A stretch of 64,000 nt of DNA, from the NCBI GenBank assembly GCA_965216875.1, contig OZ244207.1, forward strand, positions 6,752,001 to 6,816,000, written 5' to 3'. Shown here in pieces: positions 1 to 10,259 of the stretch (the first letter of the stretch is position 1; each line of letters starts with the position of its first letter). The DNA comes from Rubripirellula sp. (GTDB lineage: Bacteria; Planctomycetota; Planctomycetia; Pirellulales; Pirellulaceae). The notes beneath the pieces are model-generated. The model saw only the letters and a program-made list of their open reading frames with translations. It had not been told where the DNA came from and searched no databases. The translations under genes and the position numbers were made by a program.

Positions 1-39
1 ATCTGTGTCGCTGTCGCTCCTTGATCCGGCCTACGCAGT

Positions 40-129
40 GAGCCGCGACTCGCGTAGGCGGCCGGGCTTTGCCTTCTTTCGCACTTGCACTTATTCCAAG
101 GGCCCGAGGCCTGACGGCCAGCGGCTCAC
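40..129. repeat. REP-like inverted pair (family E: TGAGCCG...CGGGCCCTT)
   Basis: gagccgcgactcgcgtaggcggccgggcttt is followed by aagggcccgaggcctgacggccagcggctcac; the right arm recurs identically at 54731-54762. Confidence 0.8.
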
Positions 130-263
130 CGGCAATGCAATCGGGGCAGACCGAAAGGACTTTGCGCCCCATGCACTTAGCAAATGTGCCTTGTCTCGGT
201 TCGCGGTGACGCGTGGCCGACCACAAAACTGGGGTGGCTGCATCGATCGCGGGCGATTGCCTA

Positions 264-331
264 AGATGTGTCGTGCCAGCACGCCTCAGATGTGTCGTGC
301 CAGCACGCCTCAGGTGCGTCGTGCCAGCACG
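264..331. repeat. 24-bp tandem repeat x3 with internal hairpin CGTGC-CA-GCACG
   Basis: agatgtgtcgtgccagcacgcctc at 264 and 288, degenerate copy at 312; no spacers between units. Confidence 0.85.
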
Positions 332-368
332 GCGACCTGCTCCGTTTCCTTCGCGTTTCACTGAATCG

Positions 369-770
369 ATGCCAAACGCCAACGCCACACAATCGCAGCC
401 TCGACAGCAGCGAGATATTCGCTTGCCGGGGGAAGATCTGACGATTGCAGAAACGCTTCGCGTCTTGGACGTGGCTCGTGAAATGCGAGATCAACGCGAA
501 ACGGCCGAGGAAATGTTTCGCCGGGATGATGTGCGCGCACAGTTGCGTGAGAAGCTGATGCGGACGGCCCAGGTTTCCGGCGATCGGGTGACCGAAGCCG
601 AGATCGATGCGGCGATCGCTCAATACATGGACACAGTTCACACCTACAGTGATCCGCCAGCGGGGATGCAAAATTTCCTTGCCCATTGTTGGATTTGGCG
701 CGGTCGGATTGCGTTTGGACTGGCCAGCGCCGCGGCGCTCGTTGGCAGCATGTGGTTTTTATTCTCTTAG
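369..770 (+). CDS. DUF6384-like small protein with C-terminal membrane anchor
   Basis: ATG at 369; 'LRVLDVAREMR...LREKL...GDRVTEAEIDAAI' followed by a hydrophobic C-terminal helix. Confidence 0.65.
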   Translation: MPNANATQSQPRQQRDIRLPGEDLTIAETLRVLDVAREMRDQRETAEEMFRRDDVRAQLREKLMRTAQVSGDRVTEAEIDAAIAQYMDTVHTYSDPPAGMQNFLAHCWIWRGRIAFGLASAAALVGSMWFLFS

Positions 771-789
771 TGGTGAAAGACACTTTTCG

Positions 790-2232
790 ATGACAACTTC
801 GGGTCCGGTGGTTCACCAACAATTGATGAATGCCTATGCCGAAGCGCAAGCGCGATTGGAAGAGGAGCGTGCCAAGACGGGACGTTTCCATGATGCTCGT
901 GACGGCTTGAACGACGATCGAAGCAACGCGCTGGTGAGCCTTGCCGAGCATTATTTGCCCGAGCTGACCCGAGAGGCGATCGAAACGACGTGGTCAGAAA
1001 TCAAGCCCCGAGTCTCGAACCTGCTCCTGCAAAAAGAAGATCATCAAAGACGAGTCCAAAACCAGCTCGAGGTTGCACGTAGCGAACACAGCGAACGTGA
1101 AAAGGAGTTCATGACGCTGACGGAAACGATCGATCAAGCGACCGACAAACGCAACGAGCTTGCCGGTCAAGTCGAGCGGAAGCTGCAAAGCGACGAAAAG
1201 TTCGTTCAACTCGCGGATCGCGCTGCCGTCGCCGAAGCGGCACTTGAACGTGCCGAGGCCAATTTGAACGAGATTGATCAAGACGCCGCGCGAAAACTGC
1301 CCGCTTACGAAAAGAGCAAGCTGTTCCGTTACCTGTACGATCAAGGGTTTGGGACGGAAGGTTACGGCAAGCGCGGTTTCACTCGACGGATGGATCGCGC
1401 ACTTGCGCGTTTTATCGGGTTTGGCAAAGCGAAACAGGGATATGAATTCCTTCGCAAGACGCCCGACCAAATGCGCCGGATCATCGCCGAAGATCGTGAC
1501 GATCTTGATACCGTCATGGACGAGTTGGTACGGCGACGAGACATTGTGGCTCAGGAGTTTGGTTTACCGGCGTCGGTTCGCGAAGTCGAATCGCTCGACA
1601 AGCAACGTGAAGTGCAGTTGCAGAAGATTGGGAGCTTGGATTCCAAGATTCGCTCGTCCTGTGATGAACTGGCTGAGTTGGAGAGCACGCAGGGGCCCTA
1701 TTATCGAGAAGCGATCCGGGCTTTTCGCGAGTTGCTTGAAAAGCACGACCTCCATGAGCTTCAGCGACGCGCCGATGCAACGGCGGAATTGACCGACGAT
1801 CAAATCGTTGCACGCCTTGCGGGGGTTGATATCGAGATCGAACACTTGGACGATCAAACCAAAGACCAAATGAAGCGTATCGACCAAATGCGCGAGTCGA
1901 TTTCAGAACTGGGGCGATTGGTTCAGCGGTTTCGCGCCGCGCAATTCGATTCCAAGCGTTCGAATTTCATCGGATCGCTCGACATCATGGAAGAGTTCCA
2001 GCAGGCAATGGACAAGGGTGACATTGATCAGCTGTGGCAGCGCGTACGACGGGCTCAGCGCTGGGGTGATGTCGACGACCGTCCACCGATGATGGCTGTG
2101 TTGGTCAATGCGATGTCGGATGCCGCAGGCTCGAAGTCGGATCACGCGCGACGCGCCGGACAACGCCGCGCACGTCGCGATGCTCAGGACAACTCGGGAG
2201 CGAGTTGGGATGGCGACAGCAGTCGCGATTGA
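790..2232 (+). CDS. long coiled-coil hypothetical protein
   Basis: ATG at 790; E/Q/R/L-rich heptads interrupted by the block AYEKSKLFRYLYDQGFGTEGY; starts 19 bp after the upstream gene. Confidence 0.75.
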   Translation: MTTSGPVVHQQLMNAYAEAQARLEEERAKTGRFHDARDGLNDDRSNALVSLAEHYLPELTREAIETTWSEIKPRVSNLLLQKEDHQRRVQNQLEVARSEHSEREKEFMTLTETIDQATDKRNELAGQVERKLQSDEKFVQLADRAAVAEAALERAEANLNEIDQDAARKLPAYEKSKLFRYLYDQGFGTEGYGKRGFTRRMDRALARFIGFGKAKQGYEFLRKTPDQMRRIIAEDRDDLDTVMDELVRRRDIVAQEFGLPASVREVESLDKQREVQLQKIGSLDSKIRSSCDELAELESTQGPYYREAIRAFRELLEKHDLHELQRRADATAELTDDQIVARLAGVDIEIEHLDDQTKDQMKRIDQMRESISELGRLVQRFRAAQFDSKRSNFIGSLDIMEEFQQAMDKGDIDQLWQRVRRAQRWGDVDDRPPMMAVLVNAMSDAAGSKSDHARRAGQRRARRDAQDNSGASWDGDSSRD

Positions 2233-2260
2233 CCCGAAGACACAGCCTGGTTCAGTGCCC

Positions 2261-4114
2261 TCAGTTCTTGGGGGCGAATACGACAAAGTATTGGTGTTGA
2301 GCCCAATTCGGAGTGACGTCGAATCGCCAGCACGCTTGGTTTAGTGGGGCGATCCCCTCTTCGAAAAGTGGAAGGTTTCCTAAAGGAACGAGCGGATACG
2401 CAGCGTCTGGAAACGCGATGAATCGCGTCGTGGCCGATTCGAGGTGCAGCTTGTTGACCACACCGCCAACTTGCTGGTAGTCGTGAAGTTCTGCTGACGA
2501 GATCGCGTCCGCTGCAGCAAATGAAAGCGGCGGATGTGATTCGTCGATAAGCAACGCTGCTTTTAGATCTGTGATCTGTGGTTCAGACGGCATCGGTAAT
2601 GCCACGTTGAGGTAGTGGTAGCCGGTAAAGGGAACGACTGCCGTTCGACTTGTTCTTGACAGCCGAACCACACGCTCCGACGCGATGCGTTGATTCAAGA
2701 TGAAGGGTGATGCTTCGTAGATCGCCCAGTTCACCGGCGGAGTTAGGTTTGACCGGCCGAGCGGTCGAGGACGTCTCGATACCGAGCCGAAGATCGCAGG
2801 CTTGTTCGAGTCCTTGATGACTTCTTCTTTCGTCAAATGAGACTGCGGCAATGGAAAGGCTTTTTGCAGAGCCCGCCCTTGCTGGGTGGCGAATTCCTTT
2901 CGCCAGCGAAGGACTTCCGCAGTTGCCGCTTCATAGTCCTTGATTGCGCCAGGAAGGTCAGGAGCCTTTGCAGCAAGTTTCTCGAGAGCGGATTGGCATG
3001 CTTCTCGAACGGAAGTTTGCGATCGACGTTCGGCAATGCTGACCTCTTTCAGCAAGTCGGCGTAAACGGTCGAGACTTGATCGGCCGGGGTTGCCTGGGC
3101 TGTGGCTTCAATCAGTTTGGAAAGCCATTGGCGGGCTTCATCGGAGAGTTTGCGAGACCGAGCTCGTGACTCGGGCGAGATCGAAGTTGCACTGGGGCTA
3201 CTGCTAATGCCCGCAGCAAAGACCCATTCGATGGTGCCCATTCGCGTCAGCCCCGAAGACGCTCGTCCCCAAAGGTCGACGAGGTGAGCGAATGCTTTGG
3301 CAGGACCGACTTCTCCCGCATCACCCAAAGACGCTTTGCCCGTTGTCGCGATTTCATCCACGATCCGCTTTGCTTCGGTCGGAAACGCGTTGGCCGCGTT
3401 TGCATGAGCTTGCATTGCAGATTTTGCTTGTTCGGCGTATTTGATTCTCTCTTTGGGATGAATCAGGGATTCGCCTCTGGACATCAACGAATCGAATGCG
3501 CCGCTGTACTTGGTTGCTTCCGTGGGTGTGAAAAAGGCGATCTTGGCATAGAGTTCGATGCCGTGATTTTCCATCAGCGGAAGAAACCGATCAGTCTTGC
3601 CGGAATCGAGGGCAGCGCCTGCTTGCTGAAGGAACTTCTGACGTCGAGGCTGTTCGCGATCGAGTTGTTTCTTGAGCGACATCTTGTACCGACCGCCTTG
3701 GTTCGCATTGCTGCGAAGGGCTATTCTTTTCATTGGCGCGGTCATCATGCCGAACCGTCGTTCAAGGTCCGTCCCCGCTGGTTCGCCCATGCGTTGAAGT
3801 CGACGGGCATCGCGAAGACCTTGCCAATTCTCTGCGAACGCTTTGCCGATGAGTTTTTGCGGCAATTTCTCGGGGGCGTTGACGTAGGTTTCGCCTGACC
3901 ATTTGAGAAGGTTTGTTTCGTGCGTGGCATACAGGGCGTACAGTTTGGTGGCCAAGTCCTTGGCTTCGGGGATCGTGCCGTGAGCAGCAAGTCCTTTGTC
4001 CGGTTCGGCGCTGTTCGGATTGGCGGTGGCGGTTTGCCTACCAACCAACGCGAACATCCCGGCCATCACGATGAAGCAGCGAGCGCCGCAGCGAAGAAGT
4101 GTTTGAGTCGTCAT
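2261..4114 (-). CDS. secreted hypothetical protein
   Basis: 617-aa ORF with an N-terminal signal-like segment; overlaps the upstream stop codon at 4114. Confidence 0.75.
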   Translation of the reverse strand: MTTQTLLRCGARCFIVMAGMFALVGRQTATANPNSAEPDKGLAAHGTIPEAKDLATKLYALYATHETNLLKWSGETYVNAPEKLPQKLIGKAFAENWQGLRDARRLQRMGEPAGTDLERRFGMMTAPMKRIALRSNANQGGRYKMSLKKQLDREQPRRQKFLQQAGAALDSGKTDRFLPLMENHGIELYAKIAFFTPTEATKYSGAFDSLMSRGESLIHPKERIKYAEQAKSAMQAHANAANAFPTEAKRIVDEIATTGKASLGDAGEVGPAKAFAHLVDLWGRASSGLTRMGTIEWVFAAGISSSPSATSISPESRARSRKLSDEARQWLSKLIEATAQATPADQVSTVYADLLKEVSIAERRSQTSVREACQSALEKLAAKAPDLPGAIKDYEAATAEVLRWRKEFATQQGRALQKAFPLPQSHLTKEEVIKDSNKPAIFGSVSRRPRPLGRSNLTPPVNWAIYEASPFILNQRIASERVVRLSRTSRTAVVPFTGYHYLNVALPMPSEPQITDLKAALLIDESHPPLSFAAADAISSAELHDYQQVGGVVNKLHLESATTRFIAFPDAAYPLVPLGNLPLFEEGIAPLNQACWRFDVTPNWAQHQYFVVFAPKN

Positions 4115-4758
4115 TACAGCTGCTCCTTCGCGATAAGGGCCACGATGTCGCCGCCGCTGACACGCACAACTTTGCCGTCACTGGTGATGAGGTCTGCCAT
4201 CCCAAGGCTCGCTTCGATCACATTCCGTTCGGCATCAAATCGATTGACGTTGACGATGATGGAGCTGCCCGGTTTCGTCATGGCGATCGGCGAACTGTAC
4301 GATTCTTGGTAATACATGTCGCAGTTGATCTTCTCGCCCGATAAGCCGGTAACCCCTGCCGCGCTCGTGCCACCATGCAGCAACAGAGCTGGGAACGTAC
4401 GGCTTGACTGAGTCGTGTCGTAAGTCGCGATTTGAAAAACATTGGGACGTCCATCACCCACCGAGATGAGCTGCACGGAGGCAGACTTGATGGTGACATC
4501 GGGGTCGAGCTTTAGTGTGGCTTGTCCCTTTTCCGGTAGCTGCGATTCGATGCTTTCGACACCCGCTTTGGCAATCTCTTGTGTCTTTTCAGTAGCCGTG
4601 TTGATTGCCTCTTTGAACTCCTCTTTCGAGCAGCCTAGGGAGACGAGCAGCACTCCGGTGAGCACAAGCACCAGCTGAGAGGAACGCTCAAAGAACCAGC
4701 GGTGCAAAGACGGGATTGTGCGGCGTGAAGGCGGCCGGCTTGAAGGTTGAAAAGGCAT
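4114..4758 (-). CDS. putative lipoprotein
   Basis: hydrophobic stretch ending VSLGC (lipobox-like); start codon uncertain. Confidence 0.7.
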   Translation of the reverse strand: MPFQPSSRPPSRRTIPSLHRWFFERSSQLVLVLTGVLLVSLGCSKEEFKEAINTATEKTQEIAKAGVESIESQLPEKGQATLKLDPDVTIKSASVQLISVGDGRPNVFQIATYDTTQSSRTFPALLLHGGTSAAGVTGLSGEKINCDMYYQESYSSPIAMTKPGSSIIVNVNRFDAERNVIEASLGMADLITSDGKVVRVSGGDIVALIAKEQL

Positions 4759-4899
4759 GACGAATCCAAGCGAAAAAATGAGAATAGAGAGACGTCGGGC
4801 GATAGGGCGACAAACGGGATGACAACGAACAGATGATCGGCAAATATTTTTGATGTTGTCTGATCGAGTCGCCAACGTCAACTTTTGGCCCACGAGCCA

Positions 4900-6264
4900 T
4901 CATTGCCGTGCTGGATCGATGTTGCTCCGAGCCGCGGTCGGAAGATGGTTCTTGCCCGTACGAGAGTCGCCTTTGACCCACCCCAGTGGGCGGCCGCCGT
5001 AACGCACGACGCGCCAACCACGTTGGTCACAGGGAATCGGCTGACCGCTAACGAATTGACATGCCAGGGCTTGGTCAATCTCGATCGAGTGAAGCGGCAT
5101 CCGATGTGACATCGTGTTGAGTGCCGCGGCATGAGAGGGTTTCCAGGTTTGTCCGGTGCGGTGTGCAAGCTCGGGGCCTTGGACCGCAACCGATTCGGCC
5201 CAAAGGGGGGCGTCGGCCGGAATGCCAATGATCACCGAGTCAAATTGAATAAGCCGCGTGGTCGATTCGAGCGCAGGAAACCACTCTTGAAACTCTTTCG
5301 GCGCGCGTACCGATGACTTGCGGAGACGATGTCTTGAGGCTTCCTCGAGTGGTCGACAATTGATCACCGAAGCGGCAAAGCTTCCAGCACAACGGTGGCG
5401 ATGAGGCCAGAGGCGATAGCACGCAGTGGATTCGCTTTGATACTCGGTTAGACGCTCGACCGGTTTTGCCTCGACATTGCCGCCCGCGATCAGTCGCTCG
5501 ACTTGCGCTTCATTCTCGGCGTGGGCAAAGGTGCAGGTGCTGTAGACCAATCGTCCACCGGGACTCAACAATCGAACCGCGGCATCAAGAATGCGGTTTT
5601 GACGAACGGCGCTGTGTTCGATTTGCCGTGGCGAAAGAGCCGATTGGCTTTGCCGTCCCCGCGACATCAACGCTTGCCCGCTGCACGGTGCGTCGACAAC
5701 AACAAGGTCGAATTGGCCGCTCAATTGATCGGCAAGTTTCTCGGGATCGAGTGAACTGATGACGTAGCGGTCGGATCCCAATCTCGCCAAGTTGTACTGA
5801 AGCGCCGGCAGGCGTGAACGGATCGGTTCGTTGGCCAGAAGGAATCCGTTATCGCCGATGGCTTCAAGCAGCGCGCTTGCCTTACCGCCAGGAGACGCAC
5901 AGAGGTCGGCGATATTGAGTCCCGAGGAAAGTGAATCGGTATCGGCTCCCGCTGCGGCCAGTGCGAGCAGTGAACCGGCATCTTGAAGGTAATACTCGCC
6001 ACTGGCGTAGGCCAGTTGCTTTGATGGCCGACAAGGTTCATCGGCCGCGGTCTTGCCGGCAAGGTCGTACCAATCGATCGGTTCGAGGACAAACGGAAGC
6101 GATTGCGGGTCGACGTGACGCTGGTAACGCACGACGCTGGGCCAGCGTTTGGTCAACGCTTCGCTGATCAGTGGCAATTGATCCGCATCCACTTGGATCG
6201 GGCCCAGGGCGTCGGCGATCGCACTGCTTGACGGAGTGGAATGCGTTGGACGAGAACGAGCCAC
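4900..6264 (-). CDS. RsmB/RsmF (NOL1/NOP2/Sun) RNA m5C methyltransferase
   Basis: motifs YYLQD, DLCASPGGK, DAPCSG, YSTCT and an RsmF-like C-terminus (GKNHLP); GTG start at 6264 is inferred. Confidence 0.9.
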   Translation of the reverse strand: MARSRPTHSTPSSSAIADALGPIQVDADQLPLISEALTKRWPSVVRYQRHVDPQSLPFVLEPIDWYDLAGKTAADEPCRPSKQLAYASGEYYLQDAGSLLALAAAGADTDSLSSGLNIADLCASPGGKASALLEAIGDNGFLLANEPIRSRLPALQYNLARLGSDRYVISSLDPEKLADQLSGQFDLVVVDAPCSGQALMSRGRQSQSALSPRQIEHSAVRQNRILDAAVRLLSPGGRLVYSTCTFAHAENEAQVERLIAGGNVEAKPVERLTEYQSESTACYRLWPHRHRCAGSFAASVINCRPLEEASRHRLRKSSVRAPKEFQEWFPALESTTRLIQFDSVIIGIPADAPLWAESVAVQGPELAHRTGQTWKPSHAAALNTMSHRMPLHSIEIDQALACQFVSGQPIPCDQRGWRVVRYGGRPLGWVKGDSRTGKNHLPTAARSNIDPARQ

Positions 6265-6268
6265 TGGT

Positions 6269-6556
6269 CTAGCGGCCGAGTTTTCGAAGAATGGCAACGA
6301 GTGTCGAGAGGACGGCGGCCAACAACAACGGTGATGTAAACGTGAACATGATGAACACGATATGCGCGGTCCGGCCAACTTCTTCGGTCGCGCCCGGTTC
6401 TTTGCCAAAGAGAATCGCGATTTCGTTTTGCACCGCAGGCACTCGCGATGCATAGAAGAGGCCCGCCGACATGACAGCGAAAATCACCATCAGCATCATC
6501 ATGAAGCTGATGCTGATTTGTGGTGGGCGACGGCGAACAGTCGACGGTTGGTTCAT
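6269..6556 (-). CDS. small two-TM membrane protein
   Basis: two hydrophobic helices; lies between spoVG and the methyltransferase. Confidence 0.7.
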   Translation of the reverse strand: MNQPSTVRRRPPQISISFMMMLMVIFAVMSAGLFYASRVPAVQNEIAILFGKEPGATEEVGRTAHIVFIMFTFTSPLLLAAVLSTLVAILRKLGR

Positions 6557-6646
6557 AAGCAAGCAGTGCGCGCGGGACTCGGCCGCTCAGGAATTGGCGA
6601 AAGGCTTGCTTAGTTTAGTCGACTTGGCGAGAAAAGGCGATTGGCT

Positions 6647-7225
6647 TCAGGAGAAGACACCGGCGCCAAAGGAATCGTCGTCGCGGTCGCTATCGGACTG
6701 TGGCATCGACTTTTCACGCTTGGGCCGGTCGATGAAGTGCGGACGCGGAGGACCGCTGACCGGGTCGGACGACGATTTCACGTCGGCTGATTCTGTCTCG
6801 GCCGCCTGTGCTTCATCGTCAAAGTCATCGTCGTAGCGTGACCGATAGCCAGGCTGTTGGTAGCGATCGAGTTCGGCATTGAACTCTTCGATAACCGCAT
6901 TCTGAATCATCTCGCGGCATTCGCTGTTGATCGGATGGGCGACATCCGCATACAGCTTTTGTGGCGAATCGTAATTGTCGCCATCCATCTGCAATTTGAC
7001 GCCGCAATGATTGCAGTAAGTCGCTCGCAAATGGTTTTTGTGTTTACAACGTTGGCAATGGCCCGAAAGTTTGCGACTTGGCATCGCAACAAAAGGGCCA
7101 CTTGTCCCGTCGATGATTTTCAAGTCTCTCACAACGAAACAAGAATCAATGGTGATGGAACAAAAGGCCCTCAGTCGGTCCTCAGAGTCTTCCATCAACT
7201 TGATGCGTATCTCAGTGATCTCCAC
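6647..7225 (-). CDS. spoVG: SpoVG family nucleic-acid-binding regulator with Zn-ribbon insert
   Basis: MEITEIRIKL...FVVRDLKIIDG...FVAMPSRK and DVAHPIN; insert CQRC...CNHC. Confidence 0.92.
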   Translation of the reverse strand: MEITEIRIKLMEDSEDRLRAFCSITIDSCFVVRDLKIIDGTSGPFVAMPSRKLSGHCQRCKHKNHLRATYCNHCGVKLQMDGDNYDSPQKLYADVAHPINSECREMIQNAVIEEFNAELDRYQQPGYRSRYDDDFDDEAQAAETESADVKSSSDPVSGPPRPHFIDRPKREKSMPQSDSDRDDDSFGAGVFS

Positions 7226-7269
7226 AGTCCGACCCTCCCTAACCGGTGAACGGGTTCACGCCGCAAGCC

Positions 7270-8226
7270 TTATTTCAAGTCAGTCTCGATTAACGGCGGC
7301 ACGCAAATGGTCCGTGTTGCAGTAACGATGATCCCTGGTTCAAGCAATGCTTGCAGACGCGCGGCTGCCCGCTTGGCGTCCCCGACATCTGGTGCGATTG
7401 CAAAACATGCCGAGCCACTACCCGTCAATTGACACGTTCTCAGGCCCGTCTGCCACATCGATTTTAGTATTTCGTCGATTCGAGGCGCAATTTCTTGGGC
7501 CGGTTCGGTCAATCGGTTGATCATTTGGCTGCCCATTTTCGCTACATTTCCCGTCTCCAACGACTCCACCAATCCATCAGCACTGCGCGGAACGGAAGAT
7601 ATTCGCGACTTGCCGTAAACCTCGGCTGTCGATGCACTTTGGTTCGGAAAGGCGACGACAAGGTCAATCGGTTGTGCCACCAACACAGGTTCAATCTGTT
7701 CACCACGCCCTCGAGCGCGGGCAGCCGAAATCGGTTCGTTGCCTACCCCCAAAAAGAATGGCACATCGCTGCCGATCTCGGCCGCGATTTCGCGGATCTG
7801 TAGCGACTGTTCGGGGATCTCGCAGAGACGGGCCGCACAACGAAGCGCCGCAGCGGCATCGCTGCTGGCCCCGCCCATACCCGCACCGGCAGGGATGCTC
7901 TTTCGCAATTGGCAGTGGAACCCTGATTCGATCGCAAACGTTTCCCTGAATCGGCTCAGGGCTCGATGGACCAGATTCGATGCGTCGTTTGGGATGGCGA
8001 TCGCATCGGTCGTGGTCGCCAGTCGTTGGGCCATCACTTCGTTGGAAGGAAGCCATGACACATCGAGAGTGATTTCGGGTGCGTCGACACGATCAACTCG
8101 CATTTGGTCGCACCAATCAATCGGCACCATGACCGTGTCGATTTCATGAAAGCCGTCGTCGCGTCGAGCCAACAGTTCGAGGAACAGATTCAACTTGGCA
8201 GGTGGACGGACAAAGACAGATGGCAT
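7270..8226 (-). CDS. ispE: 4-diphosphocytidyl-2-C-methyl-D-erythritol kinase
   Basis: PAKLNLFL, DGFHEI, KSIPAGAGMGGASSDAA, GSDVPFF, TGSGS. Confidence 0.95.
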   Translation of the reverse strand: MPSVFVRPPAKLNLFLELLARRDDGFHEIDTVMVPIDWCDQMRVDRVDAPEITLDVSWLPSNEVMAQRLATTTDAIAIPNDASNLVHRALSRFRETFAIESGFHCQLRKSIPAGAGMGGASSDAAAALRCAARLCEIPEQSLQIREIAAEIGSDVPFFLGVGNEPISAARARGRGEQIEPVLVAQPIDLVVAFPNQSASTAEVYGKSRISSVPRSADGLVESLETGNVAKMGSQMINRLTEPAQEIAPRIDEILKSMWQTGLRTCQLTGSGSACFAIAPDVGDAKRAAARLQALLEPGIIVTATRTICVPPLIETDLK

Positions 8227-8232
8227 GGGCTG

Positions 8233-9213
8233 TTACGCAGCTTTGATCGCGGTGATTTGGTTGGCAGCCACATCGCCGTCATCGATCGCGACAATGGTGA
8301 TCCCCGCCCGGCGCGCGGCGGCAAGGGTTTCTTCGCGATCAACGACGATGGTTTTATCAGCCTCGATCACGATTGCTTTGCCACCGGCTTGTTGTACCCG
8401 CTGGATGGTTTGCTGGCCGATTGTGGGCACGTCAAACCGCATGTCCTGTTGTGGCTTGCTGACTTTGACAAGCGTCCAACCACCGCGGCGACAAAGTTCG
8501 CCTGTGCGATCGATACAGGCGTCGGTGCCTTCGATGGCTTCGACGGCGATCACCGTACCATCTTTGATGGTGATGGTTTGTCCGATGTCCATGCCGCCCA
8601 TCTGTTTGGCAACTCGCCAACCCGCCTCGATATCGCGCGACAGTTTCTCGTTGGGTTGTTTGCCAGTTAACGTTCCGTGCTTCACAAGTAACTCCGGTGC
8701 GAAATCGGTGGCGGGAACGATATCCATTTTGGCACGTTGGTAGGCTTCGGTGATGGCCAGTAGCAGGCTGTCATCACGCGCGTCTCGCTTGCGTCCGACC
8801 AAGTAGGGACCAAGTGTTCGAATGCAGGTAAGGTCGGGCATGTGACGAAGCCAGACGGAACCTTGATAGAGCAAGTCTGCTTTAAAAAGCTTTCCGGCCA
8901 TCGTGACCTGCTTGACGCCGGCGCGACGAAAGTAACGCAGGTGCCCGCCAAGTTTTCCAACGCCCGACCAACGAACGTGGTCGCAAATCGATTCCAAATC
9001 GGTGCTGGCGTGTCCGGTGATCGCGATACAACAGACCGAACGGCCGTCGCGAACCACGGCGCGTGCGACCTCGACGGGAAAGCTACCCCATCCCGCGATC
9101 AATCCAACCGGTGGCTGTGATCGTTGCCCTGCCATGATTCGATGCCCAGGTAGGGGGCGGTAACCTCGTTTCTGGTCGATCAAAGCGTGACCAGAGGAAT
9201 CGCGTTGGTTCAT
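8233..9213 (-). CDS. lpxI: UDP-2,3-diacylglucosamine pyrophosphatase LpxI
   Basis: GLIAGWGSFP, DIGQT, AVEAIEGTD, KPQQDMRFDVPTIG; start may lie further downstream. Confidence 0.92.
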   Translation of the reverse strand: MNQRDSSGHALIDQKRGYRPLPGHRIMAGQRSQPPVGLIAGWGSFPVEVARAVVRDGRSVCCIAITGHASTDLESICDHVRWSGVGKLGGHLRYFRRAGVKQVTMAGKLFKADLLYQGSVWLRHMPDLTCIRTLGPYLVGRKRDARDDSLLLAITEAYQRAKMDIVPATDFAPELLVKHGTLTGKQPNEKLSRDIEAGWRVAKQMGGMDIGQTITIKDGTVIAVEAIEGTDACIDRTGELCRRGGWTLVKVSKPQQDMRFDVPTIGQQTIQRVQQAGGKAIVIEADKTIVVDREETLAAARRAGITIVAIDDGDVAANQITAIKAA

Positions 9214-10259
9214 GCGGCTCGCTGTTCCGACTGCGAATCAGGATCAGCAAGTTGCTTTTTGACGGAGTCCATGTCACGACGCAGTTGCTTCAAGTCACGA
9301 CGCATCTCAGGAAGTTTGCGCTCGACTGCCATGATCTGCATCTGCTCGCGCTGGGTCGTTGCGGGCGAGCCAAGATAGGTTTGATTGCCAGGACAATCAT
9401 CCATCACGCCTGCTTGAGCACCGACGATGGTTCCGTCACCCAGCGTGATGTGGTCTTTCAAGCCGACCTGTCCGGCAAGGATCACATAGTCGCCGGTGCG
9501 GCAACTTCCTGCGATTCCGACTTGGCTGCACAGCAGGTTGTGGCGTCCGATTTGGCAGTTGTGTGCGATCATCACCTGGTTGTCGATCTTGGTGCCTTCG
9601 CCAATGGTCGTTGCACCGTAGGTACCACGGTCGATGGTCGCGCCCGCACCCACGTCAACGTGTGATTGAATGTGCACGTATCCAAGTTGTGCTGTGGGGA
9701 CGTGGCGACCGTTTTCGACTCGATAACCGAAGCCATGCGCGCCGATCACGGCGCCAGCATGAATGACAACGTGGTCGTCAAGTTGTGTGTATTCGTAAAG
9801 CGTCACACTGGCGTGCACGATGCAGTCCGCGCCGATCACACACTTGGGCATGATCACCACACCAGGCATGATCATCGTTCGCGCGCCGATGGTCGCGCCG
9901 GCGCCAACGGTCGCCGAGGGATGCACCTGTGCTGTCGGGTCGATTGTTGCCGTCGGATCGATCCCCACGCCCGGGACGGCGTTTTCGATTGGAGGACGAA
10001 ACTCGGCAACGATGGTTGAAAAGGCAACGTGGGGGTCGTCCACGATGATTTGTGGCTTGTCGAGGTCGACCTGGGTCGACGTCACGATCGCGATCGCTTC
10101 GGTTTGGCGAACCGAATCGACGCGGTCTGGATGATCCAGCATCGTGATTTGGTTTTCGCTCGCTTCGGCAGGAGGGTTGGCGCCGGAGCAGAGTAGATTT
10201 CCATCGCCAATCAGTTCGCCGGAAACCAAAAGGGCGAGCTGCTGCAGTGGAATCGTCAT
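9210..10259 (-). CDS. lpxD: UDP-3-O-acylglucosamine N-acyltransferase
   Basis: hexapeptide repeats, GFGY, TIDRG, TKIDNQVMIAHN. Confidence 0.95.
   Translation of the reverse strand: MTIPLQQLALLVSGELIGDGNLLCSGANPPAEASENQITMLDHPDRVDSVRQTEAIAIVTSTQVDLDKPQIIVDDPHVAFSTIVAEFRPPIENAVPGVGIDPTATIDPTAQVHPSATVGAGATIGARTMIMPGVVIMPKCVIGADCIVHASVTLYEYTQLDDHVVIHAGAVIGAHGFGYRVENGRHVPTAQLGYVHIQSHVDVGAGATIDRGTYGATTIGEGTKIDNQVMIAHNCQIGRHNLLCSQVGIAGSCRTGDYVILAGQVGLKDHITLGDGTIVGAQAGVMDDCPGNQTYLGSPATTQREQMQIMAVERKLPEMRRDLKQLRRDMDSVKKQLADPDSQSEQRAA

Noticed and set aside
264..331. Possible mini-CRISPR array
   Set aside because: Units are head-to-tail with no unique spacers, and there are no cas genes in the window
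213..368. N-terminal extension of the first ORF with LRCVVPAR repeats
   Set aside because: It is read-through of the 24-bp DNA repeat; ATG 369 is the more plausible start
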